A DNA stretch of 63,864 nucleotides, the filler included, from Octopus bimaculoides (taxonomy: Eukaryota), in assembly GCF_001194135.2 (NCBI RefSeq). It is 6 parts of 6 records of this genome, joined end to end, with 100 filler letters (N's around TTAATTAATTAA, not from the genome) between each part and the next. Parts side by side here need not be neighbours in the genome. Positions count along the whole stretch, not along the records: positions 48,549 to 59,026 come from NC_069002.1; positions 59,127 to 62,558 come from NC_068985.1; positions 62,659 to 63,864 come from NC_068995.1; 3 more parts are not named here. The stretch is one strand, 5' to 3'. Of the stretch, positions 53,087 through 63,864 are shown one piece after another; position 1 is the stretch's first letter, and every line of letters begins with the position of its first letter. The notes below the pieces were generated by a model. The model worked only from the letters and a program-made list of their open reading frames with translations. It had not been told where the DNA came from and searched no databases. The translations under genes and the position numbers were made by a program.

Positions 53087-53566
53087 ATGTATCCTTTTCT
53101 GTATCTGGCAAGTCGTGTTTCTTCCAGATTTCACATCGATGGCAAAATCCATCAACGTCGCAAAAGTGCTGGTGCTGCCTTTGGCTCTCTCGGAACGAGT
53201 GTTCCAGGATCGAGACATTCGAGACATTCGAGACATTCGAACCGACAGAAGAATGACTGGTCGTGCCGACGCTATTGTACGCGTCCGAGACCTGGACTCC
53301 TTAAAAACCCTCGAAAGGTGCCACCAATGCTGCCTTCGCGAAATATTCTCAACACAGGCTGCGAAGATAGAAGAACAAAAATCAGTGAGTTGGAAGAAGC
53401 CAACAAGACTTCCAGTGAAACTATTATCATCCAGAAACAACTGAGATGCACATGTGACGATGTCCAAAACAAAACTAACCACCTACTTAAGCAGCTCGTC
53501 CACCCCCTGCAAAATGAAATAAAACGAAGAAGAGTTGCACAAAAATTCAAAAAGGACCTGAGATGG
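53087..53566 (+). mobile_element. RTE-clade LINE fragment (RT C-terminal region)
   Basis: FLYLAS..IDGKIHQR..AGAAFGSL / ERVFQDRDIR / LKTLERCHQCCLREI / EDRRTKISELEEAN..IIIQKQLR, matching the RTE pattern across frameshifts. Confidence 0.8.
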
Positions 53567-54218
53567 TGAATATAACAATAACTGATCAGCTACATAGGGT
53601 TTAATAATGGAACACACATTTTGGGCACTACTTAATGCTGTCCATTTTTTCCTATAATTCTCTTTGTTAGAAAGGTGTTGATTCAACTAACGAGAAGGCT
53701 TTCAAAATAATCCTCATAATCTAATTTCCATTTCACTTTTCATACGAAAAAGAAGTCCTTGAAGAACGGAGATAAATTGATAATATCATTTAAGATGCTT
53801 ATAGTAAGCTTCAAAGTCTCCATTTTCATGCAATAATACTTTAGATTTTAAGCGCGCACACGAGAGTCTTCAACATCTTGCCCGCAGGCAAATATACATT
53901 TAAGAAGGATGTATCAAGTCATATTACAGTTAAAATTATTGTCACAAATGAACGGTAAATTTGTGCAGAAATATAGGCCTTACATCTGAAAAAACAACCC
54001 CAAGTCCACACACATACACAACCCCCACAAAGACAAACATTCCCACCCATTCTGCTGCGGTGCCGGCCGCCAAACACAACAAGGAAAAGACCCAACCCCT
54101 GCACACACAATCCCCTACAAAAACAAAATTGCCCACTCTCATGAAACCTGAGCCACCTGTTGTAGGAAAACACAACTCCCCCAAACAACACCACCGAATT
54201 TACGGAACTGATATTTTC

Positions 54219-54690
54219 GGAGAACAACTGTTGTCATCGATGCAATGAGTACAGCTTTCGGCTGAGTCTATGATCGAGACTGTGCTGCCTCCTTTTCTCA
54301 ACAAGGAGAAGAAGGCTTGCTTTTTCTACGTAGTAGCCACACTTAAAGAAACAGTATAGAAAACGCGTGTGAAAAAAATAGTGACGGGTACTTTTGTATC
54401 TGGCTATGGGTTGGATAACTTATTTTAGTTACCACCTCAGTAGTAAGTTCAGGCTAGAGAAGAGGTAACTGTCATGAGAAGGTTCCGAGAAAAGATGTAA
54501 GCTTGTGGCAAGAAAGCCGGGAGAGATTGGCACCAAGTAAGTGGAGCCCCGGAAAAAGCAAAGGTTCTACCCTGGGGGTCGTGTGCCTTTCCTTCAGGAG
54601 ATACATTGCATATGGCAATGTGATATCATCGAACTTTTAAATTTTTACTGTAATTTTAATCGTAATTTCTAGTCGTAACTTATCATTAAA
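54219..54690 (+). mobile_element. L1/Tx1-like LINE 3' fragment with 3'UTR and short poly(A)
   Basis: EQLLS..VQLSAESMIETVLPP..ACFFYVVATLKETV*KTRVK..TFVSGYGLDNLF resembles L1/Tx1 ORF2 C-termini (pattern recall). Ends cattaaaaaaaaag. Confidence 0.55.
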
Positions 54691-54799
54691 AAAAAAGAAC
54701 TTTTAAATTGTAGCAGCTTCTTCACCATTTTATGTTTGTCTACCCTTGTTTGTCCCCTCTTTGTCATGCTTGAATAGCAAAAAATATTTATGAAATAAA

Positions 54800-55180
54800 G
54801 AAGCTTGCTTCCCAATCTCGTGGTTCCGGGCTCAGTCCCGCTACGTAGCACGGAGGACAAGTGTCTTTTAGTAAAGCCTTGGGCTTACTACAACGTTTTG
54901 AGTGTATTTGGTAGACGCAAACCGAAAGAAGCCCGGTGTATATATATATATGTAATTATTTATGGGTGATTCTGTGACTCTGTCCTCGCATCATCAGTTG
55001 ACAACCGATACTAGTGTGTTTGTGTTCCTGTAACTTAGGGTTTCCACAAAACAGACCGATACGATAAGTATTAGGCTTACAAAGAATAAATCCTGGGGTC
55101 GATTTCTTCGAATAAAACACTTTAAAGCGGTGCTCCAGCATGGCCGAAGTCAAATGGCTGAAGTAAGTAAAAGAATAAAA
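54800..55180 (+). mobile_element. SINE B copy with short, decayed internal microsatellite
   Basis: Head remnant, CORE-like part, 3' module, tail gaagtaagtaaaagaataaaaga. Confidence 0.82.
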
Positions 55181-55389
55181 GAATATGTGTGTATTTCCAT
55201 TTATCTATCAATCTACACATGCGTAAACGTACATACACATTTAATGTGGACAGGCATTTGCATACATAAGCATATAAAGGAAAGATACAGACATTGATAA
55301 GGAATGGTTTAGACTGAAAGAAGGCGACAGTACGTCGTGAACGACAATGAATGTATATATATGTATGTATGTATGTATGTATGGATGTA

Positions 55390-55422
<33 letters not shown>

Positions 55423-55483
55423 GTATATGTATATATGTTTGTATGTATATGTATGTATATATATATATAATAATGCTTTTAAT

Positions 55484-55518
<35 letters not shown>

Positions 55519-55573
55519 GTATATATATATATGTATATATATATATGTATATATATGTATATATATATATATG

Positions 55574-55604
<31 letters not shown>

Positions 55605-57574
55605 GTATATATATATGTATATATATATGTATATATATATGTATATATATATATGTATATATATATATGTATATATATATATGTATATATATATATGTAT
55701 ATATATNNNNNNNNNNNNNNNNNNNNNNNNNNNNNNNNNNNNNNNNNNNNNNNNNNNNNNNNNNNNNNNNNNNNNNNNNNNNNNNNNNNNNNNNNNNNNN
55801 NNNNNNNNNNNNNNNNNNNNNNNNNNNNNNNNNNNNNNNNNNNNNNNNNNNNNNNNNNNNNNNNNNNNNNNNNNNNNNNNNNNNNNNNNNNNNNNNNNNN
55901 NNNNNNNNNNNNNNNNNNNNNNNNNNNNNNNNNNNNNNNNNNNNNNNNNNNNNNNNNNNNNNNNNNNNNNNNNNNNNNNNNNNNNNNNNNNNNNNNNNNN
56001 NNNNNNNNNNNNNNNNNNNNNNNNNNNNNNNNNNNNNNNNNNNNNNNNNNNNNNNNNNNNNNNNNNNNNNNNNNNNNNNNNNNNNNNNNNNNNNNNNNNN
56101 NNNNNNNNNNNNNNNNNNNNNNNNNNNNNNNNNNNNNNNNNNNNNNNNNNNNNNNNNNNNNNNNNNNNNNNNNNNNNNNNNNNNNNNNNNNNNNNNNNNN
56201 NNNNNNNNNNNNNNNNNNNNNNNNNNNNNNNNNNNNNNNNNNNNNNNNNNNNNNNNNNNNNNNNNNNNNNNNNNNNNNNNNNNNNNNNNNNNNNNNNNNN
56301 NNNNNNNNNNNNNNNNNNNNNNNNNNNNNNNNNNNNNNNNNNNNNNNNNNNNNNNNNNNNNNNNNNNNNNNNNNNNNNNNNNNNNNNNNNNNNNNNNNNN
56401 NNNNNNNNNNNNNNNNNNNNNNNNNNNNNNNNNNNNNNNNNNNNNNNNNNNNNNNNNNNNNNNNNNNNNNNNNNNNNNNNNNNNNNNNNNNNNNNNNNNN
56501 NNNNNNNNNNNNNNNNNNNNNNNNNNNNNNNNNNNNNNNNNNNNNNNNNNNNNNNNNNNNNNNNNNNNNNNNNNNNNNNNNNNNNNNNNNNNNNNNNNNN
56601 NNNNNNNNNNNNNNNNNNNNNTATATATATATATATATAAATGTATATATATACATATGTGTATATATATGTATGTGTGTGTGTATCACACATGGTGGAA
56701 GTGGGCATTGAAAACGGTACGAAATGATTATCTTTACTTTCATAGTCTAAAATTATTTATGGGTTGTTGTTTAAAAGAGTTAACTGAAATTGCCGTCTCT
56801 GTACTCTGAATGAAAATTAATGTTAAAAAGTGTTTGCTTTTGTCATTCTATGCTATTAACTACGATACAAAAGTAAGTGGGGTAAATTGAATTATTTACG
56901 ATGATAAGTTTGAAGTTCTTGTTGTTGTCGTCGCAGTTGCTTTAGATGTTATTGTTTCTCTGTTAATTTTTTCACGTGCCAATAGTGATTTCGTAATGAA
57001 ATTATAATCAAATTACTAAACCAAGCTATATTTTAAACGAAATTTTCTCACAGTTTATAAAATGCGGATAAATAAAAGTTGATATCAGCTATTATGTACG
57101 ATAATCTTACTACTAACTGAATATTAAATATCTATTTTCTATGGAGGCTATTATATTATTGTGTGTTTATCTACTGTAGGCATTCATTGCAGTTTGTCAG
57201 ATATTTATTTATTTAGCCTTTGCAGACAGAATTTAAAGCCAGATTTATTTTACTTCATTTTATTTTATTTATGCTGTGTTAGGATAACGTCGTATTACTC
57301 AAAATCCTTGCAAATCGTCCGAGATTGGAGCGATTGATAGCTTTCAAATGCCCTTTAAAATATTGCAGATCTACAAATGCAAGAAGGCCATGTACTTTAA
57401 ATAAATTTTAGTAGGACTCTACTTTGGAACCGCCTCAAAGTCTAGTCAATATCGTGAGGTGGCTTGTATTCTCAATGACCGCGAGAAGTATACGTCTGCC
57501 AGACGAATAGTCACACCTCTTCATAGAAGCAAAATCTTTTATTCAAATGACCAGCATCCCTATTTAAAGCAAAG

Positions 57575-57781
57575 TTGACTGAGTGGTGAGAAGCTTGCTT
57601 CTCGACCATATTACCCTAGGTTCAGTCCCACTACATGGCATCTTGTGAAGAAGTCTTCTTGAATTACTGCGGGTCAACCAAATCCTTGTGTGGATTTGGT
57701 GGACGCAAACTGAAAGAACCCTATCGTAAATCGTGTATATATNNNNNNNNNNNNNNNNNNNNNNNNNNNNNNNNNNNNNNN

Positions 57782-57827
<46 letters not shown>

Positions 57828-58030
57828 TGTATGTACATATGTTTTATCCCATTACCGCTTGGCACCCGATGTTGGTATGTCTACGTACCCGTAACTGAAG
57901 AGTGAAGTGAATGAGTCCCATACGATAACTACTAAGCTTAGGAAAATAAATCCTGGGAGCGATTTGTTCGACTAGAACCGTTCAAGGTGGTGCTAAATCA
58001 TGGCCGTAGTCAAATGACTGCAATGAATAA
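57575..58030 (+). mobile_element. SINE B diverged copy
   Basis: Same modular order, with a small gap inside the (TA)n. Confidence 0.75.
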
Positions 58031-58951
58031 ATGGAAAATGTCAATGGCAATTGAAAAAACAAAAGGAGCGGAAAGCCTCTTTTCAAGTAAATATATAATA
58101 TCGTGCAGCAAAATTGAAAAGGGAGTTATAAGGAAACAGCCGGGATCCAATTGGAAAAAATGCAGAATGGAAGACAGTGCAGAATTGAGACACTAAAACA
58201 ATCCATCGACGGGCTTTGCACTATACCGAGTGAATTGTATGGGTTACGTAAGTCTCTGAGTGAAAGGCGGGAAAGAAGCACATAATAGACAACGGGAGGA
58301 AAAGTAGTGTGAGCTGTGAGATTTTGAGTGGAAATATCATAGCAGTAGCTGAAACTTGCAGTCGATTGCTGTAAAACTGAAAGGTGAAAACTGAGAGGAC
58401 TGCTCAGGTAGGAGGGTCGGCTAGAGATGAGGGTCGATTGTGATAACGTTATACAAAAATGCGAGATAGACTTTCCCATACTGCGCTCTACAATATTTTA
58501 TGATTCAGTTGATTTTATACAAGGTGGTGCATTACTTGTTTGTGTATAACATACTATAGGGCTTGGAGGGGTCTTGGAGGGTTTTTGCAATGAAATAACT
58601 ATGATTAGAAATCACAACCTAGCATTCTAAGCAAGCTGACAAATTACAGAAAACTGCGTGGAAATAAAAACAAAAAAAAATGGTCACTTAATTTTGTCAT
58701 CTATGCGACCTCAGATGTATAAACTGCTAAGTAATGTTCAATCTACAAACCGACGGTCAGTTTCACATTCAAGCAATATTGCCGCCGACTAGTGACCAGC
58801 CAGATATTGAAATGCTTGTTTAATTGATCTATCAATTAAGCAATTAATAACTAATGTTCTTTAGATCATTATGTTTGATTTGCTTTTAACTAACATCAGC
58901 AAAACTTTAGAGCGGCTGTCCAAATTGTTAGGTCTCTTAACGGCAAACACA

Positions 58952-59013
<62 letters not shown>

Positions 59014-59149
59014 ATATATATATATANNNNNNNNNNNNNNNNNNNNNNNNNNNNNNNNNNNNNNNNNNNNTTAATTAATTAANNNNNNNNNNNNNNNNNN
59101 NNNNNNNNNNNNNNNNNNNNNNNNNNTGTAAATTTATCCTCCCTGTCAC

Positions 59150-59500
59150 TTACGTTCTTAAGCTGTTTGAAAATTCTCATATGATATGCCTTGAATTTAG
59201 TTTTTTTCACCTTGATCCATTGGTTGTATTTTGGGGGATATATTCTACTTTCACATTATCAAAAATGCCGTCTAAGTTTGCTAGATGGCTCGGTGCATTG
59301 TCTAAAATAAGCAAAGCTTTGTTGGAAATTTTGTGTCTGACGCTGAACCTTTCTACGGCAGGGCAAAAAGCGTTCGTAAACCACTCTTTGAAAAGGGTCT
59401 TAGTCATCCATGCCTTCTTATTTGAACGTCAAATCAGAGGTAGATTAATCTTTAACTGACTCATTGAAAGCCATATCTCGGAGGGATTGGAATTCAAAGC
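59150..59500 (-). mobile_element. pogo/Tigger DDE_1 transposase fragment
   Basis: LPLI*RSNKKAWMTKTLFKEWF..FCPAV..KALLILDNAPSH..VKVEYIPQNTT / PMDQG..FKAY. Confidence 0.88.
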
Positions 59501-59734
59501 GTAGAGAAACGTAACTAAATTGTGTTGGTCACTTTATTCATTCAGTCTACGAATCCATCTCTTATTGGTAATTCTTGTTTGAAGTTGACTACTTCAGCAG
59601 TGTGCGGCCGGTTTACTCCAAACACACAACACTCGAACCAAACATTAAGAATTAAGGAAACACTAATTAATTTAAAGTACTCCTACTCTTTACAACAACC
59701 AGTTTTACAAATCCATGAAAGCTATTTATAGTAG

Positions 59735-59751
59735 ACTGTTACTCGCCAGAA
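59735..59751 (+). CDS. Candidate small upstream exon of the same gene (TVTRQ + AA)
   Basis: tatagtag|ACTGTTACTCGCCAGAA|gtaagt. Perfect donor, ends at phase 2, which fits the 1-nt start of the 60005 exon. Acceptor is modest. Confidence 0.3.
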
Positions 59752-60004
59752 GTAAGTGTCTTCGTTATGGATACCACACATATATCAACATAGGTGTTGC
59801 CAACCTTTCGCCTAATAATCCCGTTGTGATCCCCATCCATGCTGGTTTAATATTTCTTTGATTTTTCTGAAAGAAGACCTAGATGGTATTTAAAATCAGA
59901 ATGTTAATAAACGTACCTAAATCCTTCAAGATATCTTAACCGACGCCTTACAGATTTTGCCTTTCACAGACCATTTAATGATATTCCTTTGCTGTTTCCT
60001 CCAG

Positions 60005-60098
60005 ACAAAACTCAACTCCAGATGATAAATCCGCCAGTTCTAATGTTCAAAATGTAAAGGAGGACAATCATACGTATGAAGAAATCGATGAAACTATG
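60005..60098 (+). CDS. Penultimate coding exon of an unidentified host gene: (x)QNSTPDDKSASSNVQNVKEDNHTYEEIDETM
   Basis: Pyrimidine-rich acceptor gatattcctttgctgtttcctccag|, donor ATG|gttagc. 94 nt (1+31 codons), open only in this frame. Ends at phase 0, matching the next exon. Unique, non-repetitive sequence with a TYEEI motif. Confidence 0.7.
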
Positions 60099-61947
60099 GT
60101 TAGCACTTATTCTCTTCCTCTTTGTCTCTATTTCTCCCTTCTCTTTTCCTCTCTCCTCTTCTCTCTTTCCTCCTCTCTCCTCCTTTCTCACTTTCCCATT
60201 TTTGTTATACATGCCTAATTTATATTTTGTTATTTGAGTTTTTTCACAAAATAATGAGCGATCTCATTGCACGGCACCTGGGACAAGTCTATTCTACCAT
60301 AGCCTCCAATCGACCAAAGACTTGTGGGGGAAAATTAGACTGAAAAGAAAAGAGCGTTTCTGTTCTCCTTTGTGTTATCACCACTGCATGGCTGTTTAGC
60401 CCCTTTTGCAGAGCCTGCGCTGTTGCAGATATTCAGACTAGTTGTGACTGTTAAGCATTTCTTAGAACTGTTAATGGTTTAAGTAAAATTGGTAAAGGAA
60501 AAAAATTCGAATTCGAAATGAAGACCTGGATATCTTCAACGTTACATCTCACCTCCTCAGTGAAGCTCATCTTTCTCCCCATTATTACTAAATTTTATGG
60601 GCTTCTTTCGTTTCTAATTCTATTTCGCTTTTACACGTACTTNNNNNNNNNNNNNNNNNNNNNNNNNNNNNNNNNNNNNNNNNNNNNNNNNNNNNNNNNN
60701 NNNNNNNNNNNNNNNNNNNNNNNNNNNNNNNNNNNNNNNNNNNNNNNNNNNNNNNNNNNNNNNNNNNNNNNNNNNNNNNNNNNNNNNNNATATATATATA
60801 TATATATAATTATCTTATCTAAAGACAGTATCATTTGAGAAATAGAGTATTTTGGTCCGTACTATAATGTAGAATGCAAATGACAGTGGAAATGAAATGC
60901 AGAGCAATCAGTGGAAAGGCCACCAGTTACATTTTCTCACTGGTAGTAGTATTATAACCTCAACTATAGTAGCTGTGGAGAACTGAGTCTGTTTCTCCAT
61001 CTCTTCAGGACAACAAAAAGTCTTCAAAGGTGTCATATGACTTCAGCTATAACAACTTTGCTTTCTTCCCTCTATTATTAGTCTCACGCCTTTCGTTTTT
61101 ACTCTTTCAACGAAGCACAGCTTCCGTGGAAGGTTGTAAGGATTAGCAACTCTATACTGACCCCCACACTCACGGCTACATCTCGATAAGATGAGCTAGG
61201 GGTAGTATCATCTCTTGTGCCTCTGATTGTGACGCATATATTTCCCCGCTTCATATGCTTGGGGCAATGAAATATAAGTTTATATAACAAGCTTACAAGC
61301 CGATGATTCCACGCAAAATCCGTCATTTCGCGTTTCCATCGATAGTGTTACCGCACGCTTTCACTGAATATCAAAACGTTCCTTGATTGACACACGGAGA
61401 GCACAGAGAAGGCTTTCGTACCTTCAACAGACGAAGGTAGGTCAGCTTCTTTGCATCTGTTCCTGAAAAAAACTCATCGGTTTGGGACTATGATCTGTCC
61501 ATATTTAAAGCTGATTTTGGAAGCTGTTTTGGCAAAACTACTGCCATTAATGCATCTTTCCTTTGGTGGCGTTTGTGTGAGAATGTCAGTGGTGTTATAT
61601 TTATTGATTCTATTGTTATTATTGTTGTTTAGTCGCAGATCAGTCCAGATGGAGAAAACCTATAATCAAATGCATTCCAGTAGAAAACATCTTATCCTTT
61701 GGAAGATAGTGCGTGTAAGACTCTATTATCTATTTCAGGTGGTAAGGTGTAGTTTGAGGAACATTTAGTTGCTAAAACGATCAGATGGCCTCTGTTTTAT
61801 CACATCGAGAAGATAAAATAAAATGTAGACATAGGTGGGATTTGAACTCAGAACGTAAAGAGATATAATAAAATACTAATAGGCGACCGATTCTACCATC
61901 CACCCACAACGATTGATGTATCATTTTTTTATTTTATTTTATTTTAG

Positions 61948-62151
61948 ATATCTTCTTCCTTCTACCATAGTACGATATTGGATAAAAGTACTACAACAAC
62001 AAACACAAGAAACATTAGTAAGGAAACATATGAAGACCAAGAGGAAAAATCTTCTCCTCAGTATAATAAACTGTTTTTAATGAACGATAACGAACTATAC
62101 CAAATGGACAATGAAAACAGAAATAACGTTTATCATGTCGTTGTGAAATAA
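61948..62151 (+). CDS. Terminal coding exon: ISSSFYHSTILDKSTTTTNTRNISKETYEDQEEKSSPQYNKLFLMNDNELYQMDNENRNNVYHVVVK*
   Basis: Strong acceptor ttttttattttattttattttag|, then 67 open codons in phase 0 and TAA. AATAAA overlaps the stop (62147-62152). In frame with the 60005-60098 exon across a GT-AG intron 60099-61947. Confidence 0.7.
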   Translation: MSSSFYHSTILDKSTTTTNTRNISKETYEDQEEKSSPQYNKLFLMNDNELYQMDNENRNNVYHVVVK

Positions 62152-62185
62152 ACTCTTCTGTGATAACGATACGTTTTATAATCTA

Positions 62186-62788
62186 CTAGCAGAAATACCC
62201 GGCGTTGCCCGGGTTAAAGAGAATAATGAAATCTAAAAACGCCGTCTAGACTACGCAACCCTCAACTGTTAGTAGCTACGATACCATATTTCTACATTAA
62301 TAACTCTCCAATCCATGCCAGCATGGAACATAGATATTAAGTGGAATGCTAGAAGAAAGTTTTCAACTCATATGTATATAAAGTAAATACACGTAATTCA
62401 GAAACACGTTTTGTGTATTTTATTTCGTAACCAAACAAACAGGTACAGATTATAAATAATGAAAGGCCAATTTTGGTGATTCATTTGACAGAGGTAGTAG
62501 AGAGACAATGCGATGATAAATCTGAGGTTGGATCTTGAAAGTTTGGATGAATGCTGCCNNNNNNNNNNNNNNNNNNNNNNNNNNNNNNNNNNNNNNNNNN
62601 NNTTAATTAATTAANNNNNNNNNNNNNNNNNNNNNNNNNNNNNNNNNNNNNNNNNNNNATAATAATTGCTCGAACTCTGCAAGAAGTTAATAATTGTTTT
62701 TGACTAAAACACAACTGGAACCCTAAGTAAGGCATGTGTAAAATTTGAATGAAATTGGTTGCGTAGTTCTCGAGTTTTAGGGATTCAC

Positions 62789-62851
<63 letters not shown>

Positions 62852-62877
62852 CACATTCTCATTTTTATATATATAGA
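62186..62877 (-). mobile_element. Non-autonomous Helitron with internal (CTGT)n
   Basis: On - strand: A|TCTATATATAT... 5' end, (CTGT)n at 62789-62850, GC-rich hairpin ACCCGGGCAACGCCGGGT then CTAG|T 3' end, inserted between A and T. Contains a linker gap. Confidence 0.85.
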
Positions 62878-63832
62878 TATTGAATCGAGGATTATTTTGA
62901 AAGAGGAATACAAGAATTTTGTTTCTGAATATAGCAAGATAAATTTGACTTTTAGTGAAGGAAAATTCATATCTCGTATCGGTATGAATTACGTCGTAAG
63001 GGAAAGTAATTGATAGGATGAATCTAGGTCAATGATTCTTAAGATGAAATACATTTTAAGTGCAAATGTAGACGGACATTGCTTAATATATGTAAGCATT
63101 TAGCTCGCTTTGTACCGTTCCTTGAACAGCACCGTCACCTTACCAAGTGCACTTAAAATAATTGAGTCAGACTGACTCGCAATATTTATTGCACGAAATT
63201 GATGTTGCGTTTAGATTGAGTACTGGAAAGTAAAGTGAAACTGCATACAGACAACAACCCTCCACAAAAAAGAAACCAAGACGAAAAATCCTACGTGATA
63301 TGGCCAACATGTTTTACTTGAATTTCTCAGACCCCTCAAAGCAAAGATATTTTGTTGTCTTCAATACATTTCGGTTATTTATAGAGCCAATTTTGGATAT
63401 TAACAAAACACTATTTCTTCCACATTAAAGATGTGTCCTAAATTCACACGAAGCAAAATAGATCATTATCACAGTGTATATGTTTGACTATTTGGGAAGA
63501 TATTTGGAGGTAATATGTTTGAGGTTTTTCGTTAGACATAGGATTTTAGCACATAACCCGTCATATGTAAATGAATTTTCATTGAAGTTATAGTTGAAGT
63601 ATTAAAATACAAATGCAACAATGCGTTAAATATCACTCTACTCATTCAAAGGGGAAAGAAAGAATAATTACTATTTAAGCAGAAAGTTTCCCTTTCTATT
63701 AATTAACACACTATCTCCCTTTCAGAAACTCATACCTTCACACATATTCGTATACAGACGGACGTGCACACACACACACATATATATTCATATAAATATA
63801 TGCGTGGTTGAGTGTGTATGTATGTATGTATG

Positions 63833-63864
<32 letters not shown>

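Noticed and set aside
58200-58450. Possible APE endonuclease remnant (IIAVAET)
   Set aside because: A single weak motif amid stops.

Overview
Repeat-dense, AT-rich animal genomic DNA from a gappy short-read draft assembly. The SINE and microsatellite content suggests a cephalopod, probably Octopus (inference). Almost all long ORFs in the supplied track are artefacts of microsatellites and N-gaps. Five TTAATTAATTAA blocks inside ~100-N spacers are artificial six-frame-stop linkers. Supportable content: (i) three abundant tRNA-derived SINE families, here called A, B and C, including a dimeric A form and a B form that carries an internal (TA)n(TG)n microsatellite; (ii) fossil DNA transposons (two DD37D/maT-type, three mariner-type, pogo/Tigger, a hAT MITE nested in a maT copy, a non-autonomous Helitron); (iii) fragments of R4/Dong-like, another REL-type, RTE, L1/Tx1-like and Penelope-like retroelements; (iv) the last two coding exons (60005-60098, 61948-62151, + strand) of a host gene missed by the ORF track, encoding a Tyr-motif-rich tail typical of a receptor cytoplasmic domain. 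No rRNA, true tRNA or CRISPR array is supported. No previously undescribed system can be established from sequence alone. The best leads are the receptor-like tail, a REL retroelement apparently sitting in (TACA)n repeats, and modular SINEs that may seed microsatellites.
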